Shown here: positions 1 through 8,360 of the stretch, piece by piece
Layout: every line of letters begins with the position of its first letter
Position numbering within the stretch: the stretch's first letter is position 1
From: Fastidiosibacter lacustris
GTDB lineage: Bacteria > Pseudomonadota > Gammaproteobacteria > Francisellales > Francisellaceae
Direction: 5' to 3'
Assembly (NCBI RefSeq): GCF_003428155.1
Contig: NZ_QLIR01000029.1
Span: 1-14,882 of the forward strand
DNA length: 14,882 bases
The notes under the pieces: model-generated
Told to the model about the DNA's origin: nothing
What the model saw: the letters and a program-made list of their open reading frames with translations, nothing else
The model's database searches: none
Translations under genes and position numbers: made by a program

Positions 1-67
1 GCTTTTTTACACCTGTTAAACGACGAAACTCATCTGCTGCTAACTTGTTTATCGTTTCCCATCTCAT
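1..67 (-). mobile_element. N-terminus of a probable IS5-like/DDE-superfamily transposase, running off the left window edge
   Basis: Reverse-strand ATG at 67..65 reads MRWETINKLAADEFRRLTGVKK; the 'EFRRLTGVKK' pattern is typical of the HTH N-terminus of DDE transposases. AAAGGTGG (Shine-Dalgarno-like) lies about 9 nt upstream on the minus strand. Confidence 0.55.
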
Positions 68-241
68 TGATCATATCCACCTTTAATTTTTAAATAGCTA
101 TTTTGCTAGATTAAATACGGTTTGGAAAGAACTCTATTGAAAAATCTTCGTGTACAGAGAAATGGTTTGTATGGATGTATGAATCATCAAACAAAACGTA
201 TATAATTAGCCCCACTTAAATTGCCTATCACAAAGGTTAAT

Positions 242-2275
242 ATGCGAAATATTCTTGTTACTAATGCTTTACCGTATGCTAATGGACACTTACATTTAGG
301 GCATATGCTTGGTTATATCCAATCTGATATTTGGGTGAGGTTTCAAAAAATGCGTGGTAATCAATGTCACTTTGTTTGTGGCAGCGATACTCATGGCACA
401 CCTATCATGTTGAAAGCGCAAAATGCAGGTATTAAGCCTGAAAAGCTCGTTGAGCAAATGAGTCAGTCACATCGCGATGATTTTATCGATTTTGAAGTGG
501 AATTTGATAATTATCATTCGACTCATCATCCATTAAATCAAGAAATCGTTGAACAGATTTATTTGAAGTTAAAAGCAAGCCACTTGATTGAAATGCGTGA
601 GATTGCTCAAGCTTATGATCCGAAAGCAAAAATGTTTTTACCGGATCGTTTTGTAAAAGGAACATGCCCAAAATGTAAGGCAGAAGATCAGTATGGTGAT
701 AGCTGTGAAGTTTGTAGCGCCACGTATTCACCTATAGATTTAATTAATCCCAAATCAGTAGTGACTGGTGAAACACCGATTCAAAAAAATAGTGAACACT
801 TCTTTTTTAAATTGAGTAAATTAAGTGAAGATATTCACAAATGGATGAAACATACCAAAGCATTACAACCAGAAGTTCAAAATAAACTAAAAGAGTGGTT
901 TGAATTTGGACTTCAAGACTGGAATATTTCACGTGATGCCCCATATTTTGGTTTTCCTATTCCAGGCACAAATGAGCAAAAATATTTTTATGTATGGTTA
1001 GATGCACCAATGGGTTATATTGCAAGTTTCAAAGATTTATGTAATCGAGCGGGAATTGATTTTGAAAGTTATTGGAAAAAGGATAGCCAAGCTGAGCTGT
1101 ATCACTTTATTGGTAAAGATATTATTTACTTTCATGCACTTTTTTGGCCTGCTATCTTAAATGCAGTGAATTATCGTACACCAACGGGAATTTTTGCTAA
1201 CGGATTTTTAACCGTAAATGGTAAAAAAATGTCTAAGTCGCGTGGAACATTTATTGCAGCGCGTACGTATTTACATCATTTGAAGGCGGAGTATTTGCGT
1301 TATTATTTTGCCAGTAAATTAACGCCACGTATTGATGATATTGACTTAAATTTAGAAGACTTTGTTCAAAAGGTAAATTCGGATGTAGTTGGTAAAGTTG
1401 TTAACATTGCAAGTAGGTGTGCTGGGTTCATTAATAAGCAGTTTAATGGGGTGTTAGCTTCACACATTCAAGACCAACAAATCGTTGAACGTTTTCATGC
1501 GATGCATGAAGAAATTACTCAATTATTTGAAAAACGTGATTTTGCTCAGGCTTTACGGATTATTATGAACTTAGCAGATCAAGCGAATCAGTATATTGAT
1601 TATCATAAACCTTGGCAGTTAAATAAAACAGAAGGTCATGAGGCATTAGTGCATGATGTTTGCAGCCTTGGTATTAACTTATTTAAGATCATAATTGGAT
1701 ATTTAAAGCCAATTATGCCTGAGTTAACATTAAAAGCCGAAGGTTTTTTAAATATCAATCAAATGCAATGGGCGGAAATTCCTAACTTGCTTTTTAATCA
1801 TAAAATCAATGCGTTTAAACCATTAATTGATAGAGTTGAAGCAGAGAAAATTGAATTAATTATCGAGGAAACAAAAAAGATGCAAACAGAAGCAATGTCA
1901 GTTAAAGAAACACAAAAAGCTCAAGTGACAAAAAACAGTTTAAATATTGCAGATGAAATTAAAATTGATGATTTCTTAAAAGTCGATTTACGTATTGCTA
2001 AAATTATCGAAGCTGACCATGTTGAAGGATCCGACAAACTTTTGCGTTTGAAGCTTGATTTAGGTCAAGAGCAAAGACAAGTTTTTTCTGGCATTAAATC
2101 GGCGTATAGTCCAGAGAAATTAGTTGGAAAGCATACGGTAGTGGTGGCTAATTTGGCGCCTCGTAAAATGCGTTTTGGTATATCAGAAGGGATGGTATTG
2201 TGTGCAGGAGAGGGGGATTCGTTATATTTACTCGAGCCTGATGAAGGTGCATTACCAGGTATGCGAATTGGCTAA
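242..2275 (+). CDS. metG: Methionyl-tRNA synthetase, long form with C-terminal EMAPII/tRNA-binding domain
   Basis: [29 protein letters not shown], zinc-binding cysteines (CPKC..CEVC), KMSKSRGTF signature, and C-terminal [31 protein letters not shown]...GMRIG. The ATG at 242 is preferred over the TTG at 221 because conservation starts there. Confidence 0.98.
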   Translation: MRNILVTNALPYANGHLHLGHMLGYIQSDIWVRFQKMRGNQCHFVCGSDTHGTPIMLKAQNAGIKPEKLVEQMSQSHRDDFIDFEVEFDNYHSTHHPLNQEIVEQIYLKLKASHLIEMREIAQAYDPKAKMFLPDRFVKGTCPKCKAEDQYGDSCEVCSATYSPIDLINPKSVVTGETPIQKNSEHFFFKLSKLSEDIHKWMKHTKALQPEVQNKLKEWFEFGLQDWNISRDAPYFGFPIPGTNEQKYFYVWLDAPMGYIASFKDLCNRAGIDFESYWKKDSQAELYHFIGKDIIYFHALFWPAILNAVNYRTPTGIFANGFLTVNGKKMSKSRGTFIAARTYLHHLKAEYLRYYFASKLTPRIDDIDLNLEDFVQKVNSDVVGKVVNIASRCAGFINKQFNGVLASHIQDQQIVERFHAMHEEITQLFEKRDFAQALRIIMNLADQANQYIDYHKPWQLNKTEGHEALVHDVCSLGINLFKIIIGYLKPIMPELTLKAEGFLNINQMQWAEIPNLLFNHKINAFKPLIDRVEAEKIELIIEETKKMQTEAMSVKETQKAQVTKNSLNIADEIKIDDFLKVDLRIAKIIEADHVEGSDKLLRLKLDLGQEQRQVFSGIKSAYSPEKLVGKHTVVVANLAPRKMRFGISEGMVLCAGEGDSLYLLEPDEGALPGMRIG

Positions 2276-2758
2276 GTTTTGTTTGAGAATAAGCGTGTTG
2301 TCTTTTTGAATCATTTCAAGCTGTCTTAATGCGCTCATACCAAGCAAAATGAAATCATCGTCACTACTTGGGTTGATACTTGCTCGTACATCATTCAAAA
2401 CAATGTTCCCAATGGTAAGCGTTTTAACGTAAGTTTGGTATACAGTAATATTGCCATTTGCTGTACTGACGGTGTAGCCTAAACCTTTTTTTAAGCCAAC
2501 TTTTTTTGCAATTTCCTCAGGAATGGAAACTGAAGTAGCACCTGTATCAATTAAAAACTTCACCTTAAGGTCATTGATTGTGCCATAGCTCATATAATGG
2601 TGATTATAAGCACGTAACGTTACGATTTTTTCGCTTTTGCTTTTCTCAATAAAAGGGGTCAGTGCTGTATTTTCTTTATACTGTAAATATGAATGGGCAA
2701 TATACGTTATAAGGATAAAGACAATAACCCAAAAAGCATACATAAATCGTTTTTGCAT
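2252..2758 (-). CDS. Retropepsin-like aspartic protease, TIGR02281/clan AA type, with an N-terminal membrane anchor
   Basis: Hydrophobic N-terminal helix ([17 protein letters not shown]), then [24 protein letters not shown], the active-site DTGA motif, and a later [12 protein letters not shown] segment. Confidence 0.85.
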   Translation of the reverse strand: MQKRFMYAFWVIVFILITYIAHSYLQYKENTALTPFIEKSKSEKIVTLRAYNHHYMSYGTINDLKVKFLIDTGATSVSIPEEIAKKVGLKKGLGYTVSTANGNITVYQTYVKTLTIGNIVLNDVRASINPSSDDDFILLGMSALRQLEMIQKDNTLILKQNLANSHTW

Positions 2759-2761
2759 AGG

Positions 2762-3286
2762 TTACTGCATCGTTTCTTTGAGTAATTGAAATATTTGGCG
2801 GTAGGATTTCAGCGGTTTTTGTTGTGAAATTTCTTTGTGGTGGTTGCGAATAAGTTGACGCAATTGCTGAACATCAATATTGGGATAATCACTCATAAGC
2901 TTATTAAGTGCATCTTTGGTGGTGTGTTCGTTTACAAGCTCATCACGCAACTGCTCTAAACGGTGCAATTTTGCGCTTTGAGCATGATTTTTTTGGGTAA
3001 ACCCTTCGTAAATTTCATAAGCTTTTTCTAAATCAGTATTGCGCATAAGCTTGCCGATATATTGAATTTGGCGTTTTAAAGCAATACGTTGCATTGATTT
3101 TGCTTTTAAAATTTCATCAATTATTTTTTCATCAATCGGAAGCTTTTTAATACGTTCTTCACTTAATTCAATTAATTTCTTACCAAAGTCTGTAGTACTA
3201 TGTGCTTCTTTTTTTATTTGGGTTCGACTTTTTTGTTCATTGGTGGCATCATAATGATCGCCATTTGCATAATACTCTTGGATCAT
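2762..3286 (-). CDS. darP: Ribosome biogenesis factor DarP (YjgA/DUF615 family)
   Basis: KSRTQIKKEAHSTTDFGKKLIELSEERIKKLPI...ALKRQIQYIGKLMR is characteristic of the family. It lies immediately upstream of the aspartic protease (3-nt gap, same strand). Confidence 0.87.
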   Translation of the reverse strand: MIQEYYANGDHYDATNEQKSRTQIKKEAHSTTDFGKKLIELSEERIKKLPIDEKIIDEILKAKSMQRIALKRQIQYIGKLMRNTDLEKAYEIYEGFTQKNHAQSAKLHRLEQLRDELVNEHTTKDALNKLMSDYPNIDVQQLRQLIRNHHKEISQQKPLKSYRQIFQLLKETMQ

Positions 3287-3488
3287 CGCTCGTTTTCAGT
3301 AGGGTTTTAGCGTAAGGATATGTAGAATCATATCATATAAATCATTATTATAAAGAGAGGTTTTAACATGGATGAACGTAAAATCAACATAGCTCGTTAA
3401 TGTTTTTAATAGGATTTTGTCATAATGATGTGTAGAATAACACACCCATTCTTGAAGTCTCAGAAACCTTTATTAGGAGGATATTTAA

Positions 3489-4748
3489 ATGTTTGATCGT
3501 TGTGTGTCTATTGCAAAATTTGATCCAGAGCTATTTCAAGCAATTGAAAAAGAAAATAAACGCCAACAAGAACATATTGAATTAATCGCTTCAGAAAACT
3601 ATGCAAGCCCAGCAGTAATGGAGGCGCAAGGTTCTCAACTTACTAACAAATACGCTGAAGGTTATGCCGGTAAGCGCTATTATGGTGGGTGTGAATATGT
3701 TGATGTTGCTGAAGAATTGGCCGTTTCTCGTTTAAAAGAGTTGTTTGGAGCAGATTATGCTAATGTACAACCACATTCAGGGTCACAAGCAAATGCAGCT
3801 GTTTATTTCGCACTTTTGCAACCTGGAGATACTGTTTTGGGTATGTCTTTAGCGCATGGTGGGCATTTGACTCATGGTGCAAAGGTAAATTTTTCAGGTA
3901 GGTTATTTAATGCTGTTCAATATGGTTTAGATCCTAAAACTGGTGATATTGATTATGCTGAAGTGGAACGTTTGGCAAAAGAGCATAAGCCTAAAATGAT
4001 TATTGCAGGCTTTTCGGCTTTTTCTGGAATTGTGAATTGGAAAAAATTCAGAGAAATTGCCGATCAAGTTGGTGCATATTTAATGGTTGATATGGCACAT
4101 GTTGCAGGTTTAATTGCAGCAGGAGTATATCCGAATCCTATAGCTTATGCCGATGTTGTAACAAGTACCACTCACAAAACATTACGAGGTCCGCGAGGTG
4201 GAATCATTCTTGCTAAATCAAATCCTGAGCTCGAGAAAAAGTTTCAATCGATCGTATTTCCAGGCACACAAGGTGGACCACTTATGCACGTTATTGCAGC
4301 AAAAGCCGTGGCATTTAAAGAAGCGCTTTCGCCTGAGTTTAAAACCTATCAACAGCAAGTTGTTAAAAATGCTAAGAAAATGGCTGAAGTTATTATGTCG
4401 CGTGGTGTGAATATTGTATCAAATGGCACCGAAAATCACTTAATATTGATTGATTTAATTAGTAAGAACAGTACAGGGAAAGATGTTGAAATGGCACTGG
4501 GGCGTGCTAATATTACGGTCAATAAAAATTCCGTGCCTAATGATCTGCGTTCTCCATTTGTTACAAGTGGGCTACGTATTGGAACACCTGCGATTACAAC
4601 ACGTGGCTTGAAAGAAAAAGAGTGCACCCAAATTGCACATTGGATATGTGATATTATCGATAACCTTGGCGATGAGAAACTGGAGGTAGATATTAAGCAG
4701 AAAGTGATTGATTTATGTACGCATTTTCCTGTGTATAGTAATACTTAA
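3489..4748 (+). CDS. glyA: Serine hydroxymethyltransferase
   Basis: [42 protein letters not shown]; PLP-lysine motif [16 protein letters not shown]; terminal [13 protein letters not shown]. Strong Shine-Dalgarno TTAGGAGG just upstream. Confidence 0.98.
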   Translation: MFDRCVSIAKFDPELFQAIEKENKRQQEHIELIASENYASPAVMEAQGSQLTNKYAEGYAGKRYYGGCEYVDVAEELAVSRLKELFGADYANVQPHSGSQANAAVYFALLQPGDTVLGMSLAHGGHLTHGAKVNFSGRLFNAVQYGLDPKTGDIDYAEVERLAKEHKPKMIIAGFSAFSGIVNWKKFREIADQVGAYLMVDMAHVAGLIAAGVYPNPIAYADVVTSTTHKTLRGPRGGIILAKSNPELEKKFQSIVFPGTQGGPLMHVIAAKAVAFKEALSPEFKTYQQQVVKNAKKMAEVIMSRGVNIVSNGTENHLILIDLISKNSTGKDVEMALGRANITVNKNSVPNDLRSPFVTSGLRIGTPAITTRGLKEKECTQIAHWICDIIDNLGDEKLEVDIKQKVIDLCTHFPVYSNT

Positions 4749-4796
4749 TTGTATAAAGCTTTTTTTTTTTGGAAAAACTCGCTTAAGTTTCTATTT

Positions 4797-5450
4797 TTAA
4801 ATTTTTAACATTAATATTGCAACTAACAATAATAAACATGACATGCACCGATAAATAATCTTTCTACTAAACCGGTTTGCAAGTTGTTTTTGTATGTTTT
4901 GCCCAAAATAGCTATAGGTTATTCCGCTTAGGCATTGCATGATCAGAAATGTAACTGCCAAAGTTAGGGTATTTGTAAATATACCACCATCTGTATCAGT
5001 AAACTGTGGAATAACGGTACTAAATAAGATAATTGTTTTGGGATTTGAAGCAGCAACTAACGCTCCTTTAAAATACATACTATTAAAAAACCGCCATTGA
5101 TATTTTTTAAAGGATACAGTTGGTTTTTTGATTATTGCTTCTGATGATGCCGTTTGCCACTGCTTCCAAGCTAAGTAAAGTATGTATGAAACACCTATTA
5201 TTTGTATGAATTTTAGAATAAATTCATATTTGAGAAAAACAGCAGTAAGACCAACAGTAAAAATTAATAATGATACTAAATATGCACTGCTTGCCCCTAG
5301 CTGAGCAAATAAGGTTTTTGTGAACCCATTGTTTGCAGCAACAGTCATTAAGAATATTGTCATAGGTCCTGGGCTAAAAACCATAAGTGTACAAAATATA
5401 AGGTAGTATAAATAATTTTCAATTAACATATTTGTATTAAATAACCTCAT
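4797..5450 (-). CDS. LysE/RhtB-family amino-acid exporter
   Basis: Multi-helix membrane protein beginning FSPGPMTIFLMTVAANNGFTKTLFAQLGASSAYLVSLLIF, the LysE/RhtB N-terminal signature, with 'NPKTIILFSTVIPQF' in the middle. The true start may be the internal Met at 5429. Confidence 0.85.
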   Translation of the reverse strand: MRLFNTNMLIENYLYYLIFCTLMVFSPGPMTIFLMTVAANNGFTKTLFAQLGASSAYLVSLLIFTVGLTAVFLKYEFILKFIQIIGVSYILYLAWKQWQTASSEAIIKKPTVSFKKYQWRFFNSMYFKGALVAASNPKTIILFSTVIPQFTDTDGGIFTNTLTLAVTFLIMQCLSGITYSYFGQNIQKQLANRFSRKIIYRCMSCLLLLVAILMLKI

Positions 5451-5736
5451 ATTGCAGTGAGTGATAAATATCCTTTATTTCCTGTAGGGTTTGATGCGTT
5501 GTAATCCCACGTGTTTCAAATGCAATTAAACCTTTCCATTTGCATTCGATTATTGTTTCTACAATTTGTTTATAATTAAGCGTTCCTTCATCTAAGTACC
5601 AATGTGAGCAGCCAGAATCCGCTGCTTCAACTACTGCCAATTCTGCACTTAAATATTTTTGATGAGCAAAGCCGAGCATAAATGGCAACCCATAGTTAAT
5701 TGTGCGATTGGTTGTTTTATTTCTCCATTTCTCCAT
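5437..5736 (-). pseudogene. Probable C-terminal fragment of a sugar-phosphate isomerase/epimerase (xylose-isomerase-like TIM barrel)
   Basis: 'LDEGTLNYKQIVETIIECKWKGLIAFETRG...TLQEIKDIY' resembles the end of AP_endonuc_2/xylose-isomerase-like TIM barrels (GEG-(I/L)DY...I...L...GY.G...E). At 99 aa it cannot form a barrel. It overlaps the LysE ORF start by 14 nt. Confidence 0.4.
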
Positions 5737-6071
5737 TTCTCCTAAATTAAATATGATCTGAGAGAAGAATTATATTGTTTTTTGTTATAAATTGTCAAAT
5801 AATAATTATAATTTCTCTTTAATATTGTATTTTGTTGTGTAGTTTGTAATTTTTAATTCAAAATAAAAAATAGTTTACATTTAATGAATTTTTTCAACAA
5901 TTTATTTTCAATTAACTCAACTTAATAACCATTAAGGTCGTTATAGAAATAAGTTTTGAGCGAAACAACCAGAATATTTGATAAAATAAAATATCTGTTA
6001 AAACCTGTTCAAAGTCTGTTATGATCTCCTAAAGTCTACGTTTTTAAATTCCAACAGGGAGGGGAGTTGAA

Positions 6072-6140
6072 ATGCGAAAACGCTATCCAAATAAGTTAGA
6101 TATGAACGTTATGGTTAAATCACTTTTAGTTTTTGTATAA
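6072..6140 (+). other. 22-codon small ORF with an unusually strong Shine-Dalgarno; a decayed transposase start or a small peptide
   Basis: AGGGAGGGGAGTTGAAATG followed by MRKRYPNKLDMNVMVKSLLVFV*. The first residues look like IS5-family transposase starts of the 'M(R/K)KRYPSDL' type. Confidence 0.25.
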
Positions 6141-6300
6141 ATTTTGCTAATATGCTCATATTCTAAATGAAAGACTTCTTCTATAATATGTAAGTTCTAC
6201 AAAGTATGCTTTTATGCTTCCATAAGTTGATCAGTTTTGTTATGCTGTGATAGCAATAAATAATGTTGCCTAAATTAATAACCAAATAGAGAAAATAAAT

Positions 6301-6507
6301 ATGAGTAAATTACAAGGTACAGTGAAGTTTTTTAATGATGCAAAAGGATTTGGATTCATTCAACCGAGCAATGGTAGTAAAGATGTTTTTGTACATATAA
6401 CAAACTTGGATGCTACAGGTGGCACTTTACAAGAGGGTCAAACTGTAGCTTTTGTAGCAAAGCAAGGTCAAAAAGGTATGGAAGCTGTTAATGTTGAATT
6501 AGTTTAA
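6301..6507 (+). CDS. Cold-shock protein, CspA family
   Basis: [31 protein letters not shown] contains both RNP1 (KGFGFI) and RNP2 (VFVHI) motifs; 68 aa. Confidence 0.97.
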   Translation: MSKLQGTVKFFNDAKGFGFIQPSNGSKDVFVHITNLDATGGTLQEGQTVAFVAKQGQKGMEAVNVELV

Positions 6508-6716
6508 TGCCTAAAATAAGGGTTGATGATCGCAGACCTTTTGAGGTTAATTTAAGGCAATTTAAACGTGCGTGTGAAAAAGCGGGCATTATTAAAGAGC
6601 TACGAGAAAGAAAGCATTATATTAAACCAACAGAGCAACGGAAGATTGCAAAAAGAGTGGCAATAAGTCGCACAAAGAAAGCTGCCAAAATGGCATTACG
6701 CCCAAGATTTAGTTAA
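6507..6716 (+). CDS. rpsU: 30S ribosomal protein bS21
   Basis: [47 protein letters not shown] matches the S21 core. The start codon overlaps the csp stop codon (TAATG). Confidence 0.88.
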   Translation: MPKIRVDDRRPFEVNLRQFKRACEKAGIIKELRERKHYIKPTEQRKIAKRVAISRTKKAAKMALRPRFS

Positions 6717-6910
6717 AAAACTAAAAGCACCTGATCGAAAAGGTGTAACTTTAATAAGATCAGTGATCGCAACAATATTTTGAGTGTCTTACTCTCTATG
6801 TAAGTCTAAACGCTAACATTATATAATACATTCGTTTGTTTTAACTCTTTTATGTGCTTCCCAAATAATTTGCTTGGGAATATTATCAAAAGGCTTTGTT
6901 GATATTAAAT

Positions 6911-7042
6911 TTATTTCTTCCATATTACGTTTGACTCATTTCTAAACAACGGCATGCCCGAAATATTTTGATAAAACGCAATTGATTCTTCTAAATTATT
7001 AACGTGGATCATAATAGGTGCCAAGCGCATAATATTACTCAT
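6911..7042 (-). pseudogene. Truncated VOC-family (glyoxalase/bleomycin-resistance fold) N-terminal remnant
   Basis: Reverse strand reads MSNIMRLAPIMIHVNNLEESIAFYQNISGMPLFRNESNVIWKK*; 'IMIHVNNLEESIAFYQNISGMPL' is the canonical first beta-alpha unit of VOC proteins. Only 43 aa remain of a normally 120+ aa protein. Confidence 0.65.
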
Positions 7043-7150
7043 AAACTTTGATAGATATGAATCAAGATGGTAAGGAATCAATGGTGATCATACAATCAAA
7101 AATGAGCATAAAAGAGAGAAAATTTATATGATATTTTAGGTAGGCAAGCA

Positions 7151-8008
7151 CTAAGCTTTTAGCTTTTTAACTAAAACGTCTTGTTTGGCATGATGTAAGA
7201 CGGCGTTAGCTGTTGAACCTAAAAAGAAGCGACCAAGTGCACCACGCTGATGACTCCCAATCACAATAAGACCATAGCCATGTGATTTGGCTGTTTCAGT
7301 GATTTCATCTGCTGCGTTACCTGTTTGCAAATAACGTTGACCTTTAAAACCATATTGCATTGACCATTCATCTAATTTTTTTTGCATGTCTTCAGTCAAC
7401 TGAGTTTGCACCTCAGGCACAATGCCATAAATACCAGTAACAATGGTTGGATCTCCTTGAACACAAATTGTCGAAACAGAGGAATTGAATGTGGTTGCTA
7501 TTTTTTTAGCAAGTTTAGCAACTTCAGCACTATCGTCTTCTAAATCAGTAGCCAATAAAATCTTGTTATAGTTGGTAACTAAATTGGGATGATCTTCTTG
7601 AATGCGTACAGTTAATACATCACATTTTGATTTATGTAAAACGCTGTTTGCAGTTGAACCCAATAAAAGGTTTAGACCATGACGTGCATGAGAGCCAATA
7701 ATCACCAAATCGCAACCATTTTCTTCAGCATAATGTGTGACTTCATGATTAGGGTTGCCTTGTGCTATATGAAACTCTGCTCTTATTCCTTCAAATTGCG
7801 GCTTGATTGCTTGTAATTTTTGTCTTGCATTTTCTTGTAAGCTCTTTTGAAAATCCATTGCAGCTGGAACAAATTCAGCAGTATTATCAATAACGGTCAT
7901 AATATCAAGTTGCAAATGAAGTTTTTGAGCAATTGATTTAGCTGAATCAAGTATATGTTGAAAATCTTCATATATATTGATGGCAACAAGTGCTTTTTTA
8001 TATGACAT
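7151..8008 (-). CDS. Universal stress protein with two UspA domains (UspE-like)
   Basis: The ATP-binding signature occurs twice: 'LVIIGSHARHGLNLLLGSTANSVLHKSKCDVLTVR' and 'LIVIGSHQRGALGRFFLGSTANAVLHHAKQDVLVVK'-type (actual second end DVLVKKLKA). AGGGAG Shine-Dalgarno upstream. Confidence 0.93.
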   Translation of the reverse strand: MSYKKALVAINIYEDFQHILDSAKSIAQKLHLQLDIMTVIDNTAEFVPAAMDFQKSLQENARQKLQAIKPQFEGIRAEFHIAQGNPNHEVTHYAEENGCDLVIIGSHARHGLNLLLGSTANSVLHKSKCDVLTVRIQEDHPNLVTNYNKILLATDLEDDSAEVAKLAKKIATTFNSSVSTICVQGDPTIVTGIYGIVPEVQTQLTEDMQKKLDEWSMQYGFKGQRYLQTGNAADEITETAKSHGYGLIVIGSHQRGALGRFFLGSTANAVLHHAKQDVLVKKLKA

Positions 8009-8173
8009 AGATTAACTCCCTAGATTTTTTCCATTAAACTAATTTCACGAAGCTAGTGTAGCATACTTTAAGTTAACTGCTAGTGTGTTTTGTTTTTATA
8101 AAACTATTCTAAATCAATAATTGTATAATTTTTAAATATAACCTGGAATCTTTATTTGTGTTGATTTAATATT

Positions 8174-8197
8174 TTTGACATTTGCTCAAATGTCAAA
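8174..8197. promoter_or_regulatory. Perfect 10-bp-arm inverted repeat (TTTGACATTT-GCTC-AAATGTCAAA), candidate operator overlapping a TTGACA -35 box
   Basis: Arms checked base by base. TTGACA is at 8175-8180, and GATAAT lies just downstream at 8201-8206 (20-nt spacer). CAAGAT at 8198-8203 would give a 17-nt spacer. Confidence 0.45.
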
Positions 8198-8360
8198 CAA
8201 GATAATCTTACCTATCTGTTTAAAGGAAGCTGAAATTTGCTGCTAAATGACAGGGTAATAGGGCTAAAGGAATAAATCTTAGTAGATTAGTCATTTTGAT
8301 GACTTTAATTCAATGGTCTTGATCTTGCAAACATATCTTATTTACACTGAATTCACTAAC

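Noticed and set aside
483-731. Minus-strand 82-aa ORF inside metG
   Set aside because: It lies fully antisense to a strongly conserved part of metG and has no recognisable motif or ribosome-binding site; it is best explained by codon bias.
4198-4627. 70-aa out-of-frame plus-strand ORF and 63-aa minus-strand ORF inside glyA
   Set aside because: Both are embedded in conserved glyA coding sequence and have no family resemblance.
4760-4770. T11 run after glyA as an intrinsic terminator
   Set aside because: The U-tract is present but I could not find a convincing GC-rich stem directly upstream (only a 4-bp ATAC/GTAT), so it is not called as a feature.
6858-6880. TTCCCAA-N9-TTGGGAA inverted repeat near the VOC remnant
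   Set aside because: The 7-bp arms are perfect, but there is no U-tract, promoter context or repeat copy; there is insufficient support for a function.
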